Positions 1 through 8,381 of a stretch of DNA of 44,178 nucleotides are shown one piece after another (the stretch's first letter is position 1; the number at the start of each line of letters is the position of its first letter). The DNA is from Hadesarchaea archaeon (lineage in GTDB: Archaea > Hadarchaeota > Hadarchaeia > Hadarchaeales > Hadarchaeaceae). A program made the position numbers and the translations under genes. Location of the stretch: NCBI GenBank assembly GCA_004375695.1, contig SOKQ01000037.1, forward strand, positions 1 to 44,178, written 5' to 3'. The notes under the pieces were generated by a model. That model did no database searches. It was not told the origin of the DNA and saw only the letters and a list, made by a program, of their open reading frames with translations.

Positions 1-177
1 ATAGTGGTGATAAACAAGACTGATTTGCTCGATGAGCAGCGGGTGCGAGAGGTTCGAGAATTATGCAAAGACGCCGTTTTCATAGCTGCAGCGACGGACC
101 AAGGGGTACCAGAGCTCGAGAAGATCATAAGAAGTATTAAATCAAAACTTACTGGAAAAATTGTCTGGTTTCGGTAG
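1..177 (+). CDS. GTP-binding protein, C-terminal fragment (5' end lies outside the window)
   Basis: Frame 1 is open from base 1 to TAG at 175-177. Translation IVVINKTDLLDEQRVREVRELCKDAVFIAAATDQGVPELEKII carries the G4 NKxD motif (NKTD) of P-loop GTPases. Not in the ORF track because it is short. Confidence 0.6.
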   Translation: MVVINKTDLLDEQRVREVRELCKDAVFIAAATDQGVPELEKIIRSIKSKLTGKIVWFR

Positions 178-278
178 TCTAAACGGTAGTTTAAACTTAT
201 TCCCCGCACCGAGGTTGCTCCAAAAGTGACTTCTGCTCCTAAAGTGGGAGGTGACTCGGGGTTTAGGAGCAAAGCCTG

Positions 279-1307
279 TCATGGCCGTAACGCTGGGACC
301 TCTAATCCCTCTGTTTCATCAAATCCGAACATCAAATTCATGTTTTGAATAGCCTGCCCCGAGGCGCCCTTGACGAGATTGTCGATGGCCGAAACCACGA
401 CAAGTCGATTGCCCGCCGCGTCAGGTTCGAATCCAATGTCGCAGTAGTTTGATCCAACCACGAAGTTCACCTGCGGTAGTTCCTCAAGTACCCGCACGAA
501 GGGCTCGTTGGCGTAGAACTTTCGGTAGAGGTCAAGTAATGATTTTTTACTAGTCGACTTTCGCAGGAAGACATGTGTTGTCGAGAGGATTCCTCGCACG
601 ATTGAGACGAGATGGGGTGTGAAGTGGGCTTCGACCTTTCCTCCGGCCAGCTTGCTCAACTCTTGGTTGATCTCAGGGGCGTGGCGGTGGGTGGTCGCGG
701 CGTAAGCTCGAATGTTTGCGCATACGAGGGGGTGGTGGGTCACTTCGCTAGGTGTGGCCCCCGCACCGGAGGTTCCAGTTTTAGCGTCGATGACGATGTG
801 GTCGAGGTCGATCAGGCGTTGCTTGATTAGCGGTGCCAGGCTCAGAGTTGCGGCTGTCGGGTAGCACCCCGGATTCGCGACGAGGCGTGCACGCTTGATC
901 TTCGCGCGATGGAGTTCAGGCAGCCCATAAACCCTTTTGACCATTGGACTTTCGTGCTTGGTGTAGTATCGCTCATACACCTTTACGTCATCGAATCGAT
1001 AGTCCGCGCTGAGGTCGATTATCTTCGCTTTCCCCTTGAGCAACTTTGGCACAAATTTCATTGCAACACGGTGGGGGGTAGCTACGAAGACGACATCAGT
1101 CTGCTTTCCGATTTTCAAGTAGTCGGGTTTCACGATTTTCAGATTAACTATTTCACGAAGGTTTGGATGAACCTCGCCCACAAGTTTCCCGACGTTGTGG
1201 ATGTCGTAGGCACCAATGAGCTTTACTTCGGGGTGGCCGGCAAGCAACCTGAAGAGTTCCACGCCCGTGTAGCCCGATGCTCCGACTACCGCAGCCGTGA
1301 CCGTCAT
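279..1307 (-). CDS. argC: N-acetyl-gamma-glutamyl-phosphate reductase (ArgC/LysY family)
   Basis: 342 aa. N-terminal Rossmann motif VVGASGYTG and active-site NPGCYPTA. Its start overlaps the argH stop by 4 nt. Confidence 0.9.
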   Translation of the reverse strand: MTVTAAVVGASGYTGVELFRLLAGHPEVKLIGAYDIHNVGKLVGEVHPNLREIVNLKIVKPDYLKIGKQTDVVFVATPHRVAMKFVPKLLKGKAKIIDLSADYRFDDVKVYERYYTKHESPMVKRVYGLPELHRAKIKRARLVANPGCYPTAATLSLAPLIKQRLIDLDHIVIDAKTGTSGAGATPSEVTHHPLVCANIRAYAATTHRHAPEINQELSKLAGGKVEAHFTPHLVSIVRGILSTTHVFLRKSTSKKSLLDLYRKFYANEPFVRVLEELPQVNFVVGSNYCDIGFEPDAAGNRLVVVSAIDNLVKGASGQAIQNMNLMFGFDETEGLEVPALRP

Positions 1308-2794
1308 CGCGAACGCCTCTTGGCATCCTTCAATAACTTTAACTCTGCTTTTGTAATTGCTCGCCTTCGGGTGCGCGTAAGCTTCGCGCGGTATTTCGCC
1401 TCTCGCTTCAATAACTTAAGTTGATTTTTAACAGCTTTTGGCGCGGGGCCACCAGGTAGCGCCCTGGCAACGATGCATTTGTCTAGGTCGAGAGCTCCCT
1501 TCAACTCCTCGGGCGTTAGGTTAACCTCCTTGTTGAGAACCTCCTTCGACGCTGCCCGCAGATCCTCGATGTTCAGCTCTTCTGAGGATCGGCCATCCTT
1601 GGTCGCGCGGGCAATCATCCTTCCAACTACTGCATGAGCATCCCTGAATGCCATCCCTGCTTTTCGCACGAGCACATCGGCGAGTTCGGTTGCGGCCGCG
1701 AATCCTCCTTCGGCCCGCTTACGCATGAGCTCTCTATTTGGCTCGACTGCGCTGATTAGTCTCGCCATCACTTCTGCACAATTCCTCACCTCATCGACGG
1801 AGTTCCACAGTGAGGGCGTTAAATCCTGAAGGTCGAGGTTATAAGATTGGGGGAGGGCCTTCACCATCGCGAGGGCTCCCGAGAGGTTCCCGAAAACGCG
1901 CCCAGCCTTCGCACGCGCGAGTTCGCCTACGACAGGGTTCTTCTTCTGTGGCATGATGCTGCTTGTCGCCGCGAATTCTTCGGGCAGCTCGATGAGGTTG
2001 AATTCCGCCGAACTCCAGAGCACGAGTTCTTCGGCCAGCCTGCTGAGGTTAGCCATTGCGATTGCCAAGGCGCTCATGGCCTGCAGGGCGAAATCACGTG
2101 AGCTGACGGCATCCATGGAGTTCTCGTCGATGTGCTTAAAACCCAACATGTGCGCCACCCGCACGCGATCGATGGGGAAGCTCGTCCCCGCTAGCGCGCA
2201 GGCTCCCATCGGACAGGAGTTCGTGACATCGTAGGCCTGCTCGATGCGCTCGACATCGCGGAGGAAGGCAAAAGTATGAGCGGCGAGGTGATGCGCGAAG
2301 GTGGTGGGCTGAGCCACTTGGAGGTGGGTGTAGCCGGGCATTATCGTATCGGTATTTTTTTCGGAGAGTGCAATCAAGGCGTTCACGAGTTCGAGCAGCT
2401 TCTCCTCAACGTCGAGCAGGTTCTTACGCAGAGTCAAGCGGATTGCTGTGGTGACCTGATCGTTGCGGCTCTTCGCAGTGTTGAACTTGCCCCCAACTTC
2501 TTCGCTCGTCTCCTTGGTCACGAAATCTTCAACTGCCATGTAGATGTCCTCGAGCTCTGGGCGAAGATCCAACCCACTAACGCCGTGCTCGTGGAGCTTG
2601 TAGAGCGCCTGGAGGATGGCGGCCGCGTCTGAGCCTTCGATAATCCTGCGCTCAGCAAGCATGATCGTGTGAGCTAGGTTGATTTGCACGACCGAGTAGA
2701 AAATCCGGGAATCAGCTTCCATCGAGGAGATGTATTCGCTAGCCAGAGGGTCCATCGCTCGCTCAAAGCGTCCCCGGCGAAGCATCCTAATCAC
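1304..2794 (-). CDS. argH: argininosuccinate lyase
   Basis: 496 aa. Fumarate-lyase superfamily signature SSIMPQKKNP, with length and layout typical of ArgH. Lies between argG and argC. Confidence 0.92.
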   Translation of the reverse strand: MIRMLRRGRFERAMDPLASEYISSMEADSRIFYSVVQINLAHTIMLAERRIIEGSDAAAILQALYKLHEHGVSGLDLRPELEDIYMAVEDFVTKETSEEVGGKFNTAKSRNDQVTTAIRLTLRKNLLDVEEKLLELVNALIALSEKNTDTIMPGYTHLQVAQPTTFAHHLAAHTFAFLRDVERIEQAYDVTNSCPMGACALAGTSFPIDRVRVAHMLGFKHIDENSMDAVSSRDFALQAMSALAIAMANLSRLAEELVLWSSAEFNLIELPEEFAATSSIMPQKKNPVVGELARAKAGRVFGNLSGALAMVKALPQSYNLDLQDLTPSLWNSVDEVRNCAEVMARLISAVEPNRELMRKRAEGGFAAATELADVLVRKAGMAFRDAHAVVGRMIARATKDGRSSEELNIEDLRAASKEVLNKEVNLTPEELKGALDLDKCIVARALPGGPAPKAVKNQLKLLKREAKYRAKLTRTRRRAITKAELKLLKDAKRRSR

Positions 2795-3968
2795 CCTTTC
2801 GCTTGTGTAGAATTTTGCTCTGAAGTGCGTGGAATTTTATGACTCCGATAGCATCGCGCTGGTCGAAGCCGTAGCGTTCAAATGAAGCAAGCTCCTCATC
2901 GTAGAGGGAGTAAGGTGAGCTACGGGCCACCACGCGCGAGTTGCCGCGGTTGAGTTCAACCTTTACCTTGCCCGTAACTCTTTTTTGCGTGTTATCTATG
3001 AAAGCATCTAAGTCCTCGCGTAGTGAGTCGAACCATAGCCCGCTGTACGCTAGGTCTGCCCAAGTTTGGTCGACCGCTTGTTTAAATGCCAGTTCCTGTT
3101 TTGTCAGCACGAGTTGCTCAAGCGCTCGGTGGGCTTGGATTAAGACGGTCGCTGCTGGTGCTTCATAGTTCTCCCGCGCCTTCAGCCCGAGGATTCGATC
3201 CTCGATGAGCTCTATTCTACCGACGCCGTACTCGCCGGCTATCTTGTTTAGTTTGGTGATGAGTTGGAGGCCGTCCATGCGCTTTTCATCGATTGCAATT
3301 GGTACGCCCTCCTTGAACTCGATTTCAATGATGCGCGGTTTCGGGGGAGCTTTCTCGGGCGGGCGGGTCCACACGTAAATCTCTTCAGGTGGAGCGCGTG
3401 CAGGGTCTTCGAGCACACCTCCCTCGATGGAGCGTCCCCAGAGATTTTCGTCGATGCTGTAGGACTTGCCTACTTTTGAGAGGGGGATACCCTGCTTCTG
3501 CGCATACTTGAGCTCCCACTTTCGGTCAAGATTAAGCTCTCGAATTGGTGCTATTGTTTTGAGTTCGGGACCCTTGATCGCAATGGTTGTATCGAAGCGA
3601 AACTGGTCGTTTCCTTTACCCGTGCATCCGTGCGCCACTGCATCGACTTTTTCTTTACGTGCGATTTCAACGAGTTTGCTTGCGATTGGATAACGGGCTA
3701 GTGCTGTAGAGAGCGGATAGCCCTCATAGATTCCATTCGCCTTGATGCTACGGAAGATGTACTCTTCGACGAATTCTTTGCGCGCGTCGACTTGAACGTG
3801 CTTGATAACACCTAGCTGCTTCGCCTTCACTGCAATTTCCTTCAGCTCTTGGGGGTCCTGCCCGACGTCAACGGAAACTGTGATGACATCGGCCTTGTAC
3901 TTGTCCTGAAGTAAACGGACCGCGACGCTAGTATCCAGTCCTCCACTGTAAGCGAGTGCGACTTTCGT
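2787..3968 (-). CDS. argG: argininosuccinate synthase; 5' end placed at a putative ACG start (first canonical in-frame start is GTG at 3830)
   Basis: The track ORF 2787..3830 lacks the ATP-binding N-terminus. The same frame stays open up to 3986 and encodes KVALAYSGGLDTSVAVRLL (the AYSGGLDTS signature). Starting at 3968 gives 393 aa, a normal ArgG length. Confidence 0.85.
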   Translation of the reverse strand, partial: TKVALAYSGGLDTSVAVRLLQDKYKADVITVSVDVGQDPQELKEIAVKAKQLGVIKHVQVDARKEFVEEYIFRSIKANGIYEGYPLSTALARYPIASKLVEIARKEKVDAVAHGCTGKGNDQFRFDTTIAIKGPELKTIAPIRELNLDRKWELKYAQKQGIPLSKVGKSYSIDENLWGRSIEGGVLEDPARAPPEEIYVWTRPPEKAPPKPRIIEIEFKEGVPIAIDEKRMDGLQLITKLNKIAGEYGVGRIELIEDRILGLKARENYEAPAATVLIQAHRALEQLVLTKQELAFKQAVDQTWADLAYSGLWFDSLREDLDAFIDNTQKRVTGKVKVELNRGNSRVVARSSPYSLYDEELASFERYGFDQRDAIGVIKFHALQSKILHKRKGD

Positions 3969-4139
3969 TTCCTCACCACTTGTTGTTTATGAAGTTGGCA
4001 TAAAAGGCTTGAGGTGTTTTGGATCGAATATGGTGAGAGTAACGCACATGTATTAGGCACCGTTTCCGAAAACCTTTTAGCGCTTGCCTCCATCGCTACG
4101 GTTGAGCCTTTGGATGTGAAAATGGCGAGGATTGTATAG

Positions 4140-4436
4140 ATGGAAGTAGTAGTCAAGTTGCACGGTGACCTGCGCGAGAAGGCCGGCATCGGTACGATAA
4201 AGGTCCCAATCGACGAGGACGAGACCGTTGACACCTTGCTTATGAAGCTCGGCCGACGTCATCTTCGAGTGGTCGAGATGATCCTTGATCCGACAACGGG
4301 GGAGCTCCAGGAGAATTTTAACATCCTTCTCAACGGCCGACGGATTCAGCAAATTCGCGGGATACACACGAAGCTCAAGCACAAGGACGAGATCACGATT
4401 TCTCCGCCTGCAGCTGAGGACAGCTCGGTAGAGTGA
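4140..4436 (+). CDS. MoaD/ThiS-like beta-grasp (ubiquitin-like) protein lacking a C-terminal Gly-Gly
   Basis: 98 aa. The C-terminal half NILLNGRRIQQIRGIHTKLKHKDEITISPPAAEDSSVE parallels the GG-terminated paralog at 12305..12586 (NILVNGRRLDFLQGLNTPLKDGALVAIFPPVAGG) but ends in AAEDSSVE. Confidence 0.5.
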   Translation: MEVVVKLHGDLREKAGIGTIKVPIDEDETVDTLLMKLGRRHLRVVEMILDPTTGELQENFNILLNGRRIQQIRGIHTKLKHKDEITISPPAAEDSSVE

Positions 4437-4630
4437 CTTATCTGACTTTTGAAAAGCTGGAAGGCACGTCGATATCGGTTTTCAGGCGCTCTACGGCACC
4501 GCGGTTTATGGGATTTAAGTTCGCCACCCCATCTCGGTCGGATTGATTGGATTTTCGATAGAGATAGTTCCTATCCTACTTCAAATTTAAAAAGCGGGAC
4601 CAAAATACCAGAGCAAATGGGATAAGCACT

Positions 4631-4906
4631 TCAGCAGAGTTTCTTGGATAGTCTCTTGACATCGGCTAAGAACCCCAAAATCGAAGGGTCCGAAAGTCGG
4701 TACATTGTCTTCTTCCCCTCGCGCCGTCTATGGATGAAGCCGCACTTACGCAGGGCCTGCAGGTGGTGTGATATCAACGATTGCTCTTTGTCGAGTTCGT
4801 CCATGATTTCGCATACACAACGTTCGCCTTTTTTCAATGTCAGGAGAATCTGGAGTCTCGTCTCGTCCGCCAAGCATTTGAGTAATCGAAGTTGGTTTTT
4901 AGTCAA
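4631..4906 (-). CDS. arsR: ArsR/SmtB family metalloregulatory repressor
   Basis: 91 aa. Winged-helix protein with the CVC metalloid-binding motif (ERCVCEI). Lies 3 nt downstream of acr3 on the same strand. Confidence 0.85.
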   Translation of the reverse strand: MTKNQLRLLKCLADETRLQILLTLKKGERCVCEIMDELDKEQSLISHHLQALRKCGFIHRRREGKKTMYRLSDPSILGFLADVKRLSKKLC

Positions 4907-4909
4907 ATT

Positions 4910-5962
4910 TTACACCCGCTTCTTTTCTGGGAACCAATGTTGGGTTCGAAGGCATATCTTTACAAGGATGAGCATCACGGGCACTTCTATCAATACACCA
5001 ACTACAGTTGCAAGAGCGGCGCCCGATTCGATGCCAAAAAGCATTACCGCAACGGCGATTGCTACCTCAAAGTGATTGCTGGCCCCGATCTGTGCAGTCG
5101 GCGCCGCATCCTCGTATGGGAGGCCGACTCGTTTGGAAATACCATAGCCGATGCCGAATATAAGGAATACTTGAATCAACAACGGTAGCGCGATCATTCC
5201 GATGATCAGCGGTTGTGCGACGATTACATCCCCCTGCAGGCTGAAGAGCACAATCAATGTAATCAGCAGAGCGATAATTGCAACGTAATGCAGGTAGGGT
5301 GCAAAGTGTTTTTCAAACCAGTCATGCCCTTTCCTCTTGAGAATTTCTCTCCTCGAAAAATAACCTACTACCAGCGGAAGCCCGATGTAGATCCCGACGG
5401 AGAAGGCAATGGTCTCCCACGGCACGGGAATTCGCGCCACCCCCAGCAAGAATGCGCCGAGGGGAGCGTAAAGGAAAACCATTGTCAGTGAGTTGATGGC
5501 AGTCATCACTAACGTATGTCCCATATTTCCATTGGATAAATAGCCCCAGACCAATACCATGGCTGTACATGGGGCGACGCCGAGGAGTATCATGCCCGCT
5601 TGGTATTGTGAAGCCATCTCCGCGGATATAAACGGTGCCCAAATCATTTTCATAAAAACCCAAGCGAAGAATGCCATGGTGAAGGGCTTGATCACCCAGT
5701 TCACGAACAGAGTCACGCCGACCGGTTTTGGTGTTTTTCCTGCTTGGATTACTTTTCTGAAGTCAATCTGGACCATTATCGGATAAATCATGAAGAAAAG
5801 GCAAACTGCGATGGGAATCGAAACTTGGGCATACTGAATCTCGCTCAGAATCCTAGACAGCTCGGGAAGCAGCTTGCCGAGGATTATTCCAACAATTATG
5901 CAGAGGATGACCCAGATGGTCAGATATTTCTCGAAGAAGCCTAGGCGTCGCTGCTTAGCCAT
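4910..5962 (-). CDS. acr3: ACR3 family arsenite efflux permease
   Basis: 350 aa polytopic membrane protein. The N-terminus [23 protein letters not shown] is typical of ACR3, and it is linked to arsR. Confidence 0.9.
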   Translation of the reverse strand: MAKQRRLGFFEKYLTIWVILCIIVGIILGKLLPELSRILSEIQYAQVSIPIAVCLFFMIYPIMVQIDFRKVIQAGKTPKPVGVTLFVNWVIKPFTMAFFAWVFMKMIWAPFISAEMASQYQAGMILLGVAPCTAMVLVWGYLSNGNMGHTLVMTAINSLTMVFLYAPLGAFLLGVARIPVPWETIAFSVGIYIGLPLVVGYFSRREILKRKGHDWFEKHFAPYLHYVAIIALLITLIVLFSLQGDVIVAQPLIIGMIALPLLIQVFLIFGIGYGISKRVGLPYEDAAPTAQIGASNHFEVAIAVAVMLFGIESGAALATVVGVLIEVPVMLILVKICLRTQHWFPEKKRV

Positions 5963-5973
5963 TTTATCCCTTA

Positions 5974-5993
5974 ATATGAAAATAGATTCATAT
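5974..5993. promoter_or_regulatory. inverted repeat ATATGAA-N6-TTCATAT, candidate ArsR operator upstream of acr3-arsR
   Basis: The sequence atatgaa aataga ttcatat lies 12-31 nt upstream of the acr3 start at 5962. The same half-sites and spacing recur at 9475-9494. Confidence 0.45.
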
Positions 5994-6103
5994 ATAAAAA
6001 ACTAATGGTGCAATTTTTAAGATCTCATGGGTATGCATTCCTTCTTGCCAATGTTGTTCAGCTACCGCATCACCTCCGTTTTAGTTTGGATTCGTCCCCA
6101 ATT

Positions 6104-7450
6104 TTACCAGAGATTGATACCCCAAAATCTCATCATCATGATTAATCCAATAATGAGGATTATGATTCCAAATACTTTCTGCGTCCATTTGCCAGCGGAT
6201 ACATATTTATTTCCAAGTTTCCCACGTACGCTACTCGTAACGGTGCATAGTGGCACGATTGGTACTCCATGGCCTAAACCAAACACGAACAAGAGTGCCC
6301 CACCCATGAGAATGGAAATCTCCTGCGTGAGGACCAGGATAAAGACAGGCATCATCAAAGAAATGGCGCACGGTGCCCACCCTATGGCAAAAAGGATACC
6401 TAAAAAAAGAGCACCGAGATAAAGCGATTTTCCACTGATTTTTAGAAACATCTTCTGTCCTTTTTCCATAATTTGTGAACTTGGTTCTCTTTTTGATTTT
6501 ATTTTAAGTATCTCTTTTATTGGTTTGGAAACATTTATTCCGAGAACAATAAGAATAACTCCAGCTATGAGATAAAAAATGGCAGATGCTTCTATGAACA
6601 AACCAACCGATGAGATGAACATTCCAAAAACAAAAAACATCATCGACATCCCTAACGTGAAGAATATTCCAATCCAGAATCCTTGGCCTGTGAGATTCTT
6701 AGATTTATCCTCTGAATCTTTCTGCAGTGAGCCAACATAAGAGACCATTGCAACCAATAAAGCAATCGAACAAGGTGATAACGCGGTAAGGATGCCTAAT
6801 GCAAAAATACCTAAAAATGTTATACTACCTCCAGAAATCTCTCCTTTAAATCCCTGCCATCTCCCTTCCGCAATATCCTGAATATCCTGAGCTAATGATT
6901 CAGCGGTTTGTACATCATCAAGTTTCCCTTTTCCCATACAATATACATGATAGACACCCACCACGTTTTGATTGTCGTCAATTAAAACAAGTGTTGGATT
7001 GGAAAATGCACCGTTAACTGTCCAATAATCTTGATAGAGCTTTGCTATCGGATACGGGCTGAAGTCTTCAACCCAATGCCAACTTACATTTATCCCATAA
7101 TCATGCTCAGCAATACCCCTGCCGCTAATTGAATAGGGATTATTCCTAATGTTAACGGTTATAATTCTAACATTATCAACCGATTGAGCGAGATTTTTTA
7201 GTTCTACTAGCTGCTCTTTCATCTCCTCCTCACATTCAATACACAACGGTGATTCCAACCCTGTAAAATGAAGAATAATAACATATCCCTTATAATCACT
7301 CAATGAAAACTCAGCTCCATTTTCATCAACAGCTGTAAAATCAGGAGCAGGCGTTACTTCATACTGATTTCCCCCAACCAAGGGCGAAAAAAGAGATAAA
7401 ACAAAGACAGCAGGAATAATAAGAAATAGTATATGAAAAACTTTCTTCAT
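6104..7450 (-). CDS. fusion protein: TlpA/ResA-like extracytoplasmic thioredoxin domain plus CcdA/DsbD-type transmembrane thiol-disulfide transfer domain
   Basis: 448 aa. Has a signal/anchor helix and a thioredoxin CxxC (SPLCIEC). The polytopic C-terminal half carries the two conserved membrane Cys of CcdA (LSPCSIALL and WAPCAISL). Confidence 0.8.
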   Translation of the reverse strand: MKKVFHILFLIIPAVFVLSLFSPLVGGNQYEVTPAPDFTAVDENGAEFSLSDYKGYVIILHFTGLESPLCIECEEEMKEQLVELKNLAQSVDNVRIITVNIRNNPYSISGRGIAEHDYGINVSWHWVEDFSPYPIAKLYQDYWTVNGAFSNPTLVLIDDNQNVVGVYHVYCMGKGKLDDVQTAESLAQDIQDIAEGRWQGFKGEISGGSITFLGIFALGILTALSPCSIALLVAMVSYVGSLQKDSEDKSKNLTGQGFWIGIFFTLGMSMMFFVFGMFISSVGLFIEASAIFYLIAGVILIVLGINVSKPIKEILKIKSKREPSSQIMEKGQKMFLKISGKSLYLGALFLGILFAIGWAPCAISLMMPVFILVLTQEISILMGGALLFVFGLGHGVPIVPLCTVTSSVRGKLGNKYVSAGKWTQKVFGIIILIIGLIMMMRFWGINLW

Positions 7451-7451
7451 T

Positions 7452-8042
7452 TTACTCGCCGCTATTTATGTGATAATAGTAAATCGCATCTTTTATCCAT
7501 CCTTCCAAATCAGATTTGTCCATGTCCCCCTCCCAGCCATGCCAACAATATTCAGCACCGCCGTTGTTGTCGATTGAAGTGATAATGGCGGTCAAAGCGA
7601 TATAATGTGGAGAATCATCAGGATCATATGCGATCGCTTCATATCCTTTACTTTCAACATCTCCCCCAAGCTCCAAATCCAAATCATAAAATGTTAGACT
7701 ATCTTTGTATTTGTTTCCAAGTTCAATTACTCTATCTGCTTGGGGCTGGCACCAAGCGCAACCCGTACGATGTACTACCAGCAGAACACAACTATTTTTC
7801 AATGAATCCAATACCCACTGAGGATGACTAACAGGTTGACCACCCTGTGGATGACCCGGTGGATAAGTTACCCAGAAACCATCTGCTCCAGTGCCGAGAG
7901 AATGCAAAGGCGTATAACTTTCCAACCAAGATGAATTATTATCCACTCCAGGTGGGTTATTAGAAATAATAAACAGCGCTATGATAACAACAGAAAGAAC
8001 TGACGGCAACAGAACTTTCAGCAACAGAGATTTGGGATTCAT
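7452..8042 (-). CDS. membrane-anchored thioredoxin-fold protein (CAWC)
   Basis: Start chosen at internal ATG 8042 (MNPKSLLLKVLLPSVLSVVIIALFII anchor). Has a CxxC motif, RTGCAWCQP. Its stop is 1 nt from the start of the downstream CcdA fusion. Confidence 0.55.
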   Translation of the reverse strand: MNPKSLLLKVLLPSVLSVVIIALFIISNNPPGVDNNSSWLESYTPLHSLGTGADGFWVTYPPGHPQGGQPVSHPQWVLDSLKNSCVLLVVHRTGCAWCQPQADRVIELGNKYKDSLTFYDLDLELGGDVESKGYEAIAYDPDDSPHYIALTAIITSIDNNGGAEYCWHGWEGDMDKSDLEGWIKDAIYYYHINSGE

Positions 8043-8133
8043 TTTAACCCCCTTCACCACCAACATCGAGGGGCCTTCCTGCAAATGTTTTGCCTCCGCC
8101 ACTGTATCATCCCCTTTTGCTTATTGTGCCCCG

Positions 8134-8367
8134 CTACCTCAACCACTTTTCGACCTCCTCTCTAGTTGGGATTCTTCCCTCAGATTTCACACTGCCGTCT
8201 ATCACCACCGCAGGCGTTGCCATTACACCATATTCTATTATTTTACCAATATCTGTGATCTCTTTGACTTCCGCTTCCATCCCGAGCTCTTCTATGGTTT
8301 CCTTCACCCTTTTTTTGACAAACTGGCACTTTGGACATCCGGGACCCAATATTTCTACTTTTTTTAT
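8134..8367 (-). CDS. small thioredoxin-family protein (redox-active disulfide protein 2 type, CPKC)
   Basis: The track ORF starts at TTG 8349 (MGPGCPKC). The frame is open upstream and reads (ATA)KKVEILGPGCPKCQ, matching the usual MK.(I/V)EILG.GCPKC N-terminus. AGGAGGTG lies 5 nt upstream of the ATA at 8367. Confidence 0.7.
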   Translation of the reverse strand: MKKVEILGPGCPKCQFVKKRVKETIEELGMEAEVKEITDIGKIIEYGVMATPAVVIDGSVKSEGRIPTREEVEKWLR

Positions 8368-8381
8368 TCCAACACCTCCTT

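Noticed and set aside
909-1424. 171-aa plus-strand ORF
   Set aside because: It lies entirely antisense to argC/argH, which have clear motifs. Its translation has no motif and a skewed composition typical of shadow ORFs in GC-rich coding DNA.
3842-4234. 130-aa minus-strand ORF upstream of argG
   Set aside because: It is one frame off from the region that encodes the genuine ArgG N-terminus (AYSGGLDTS) and overlaps the plus-strand Ubl gene. The translation is Ser/Thr-rich with no motif. It is relevant only as a possible trace of a frameshift.
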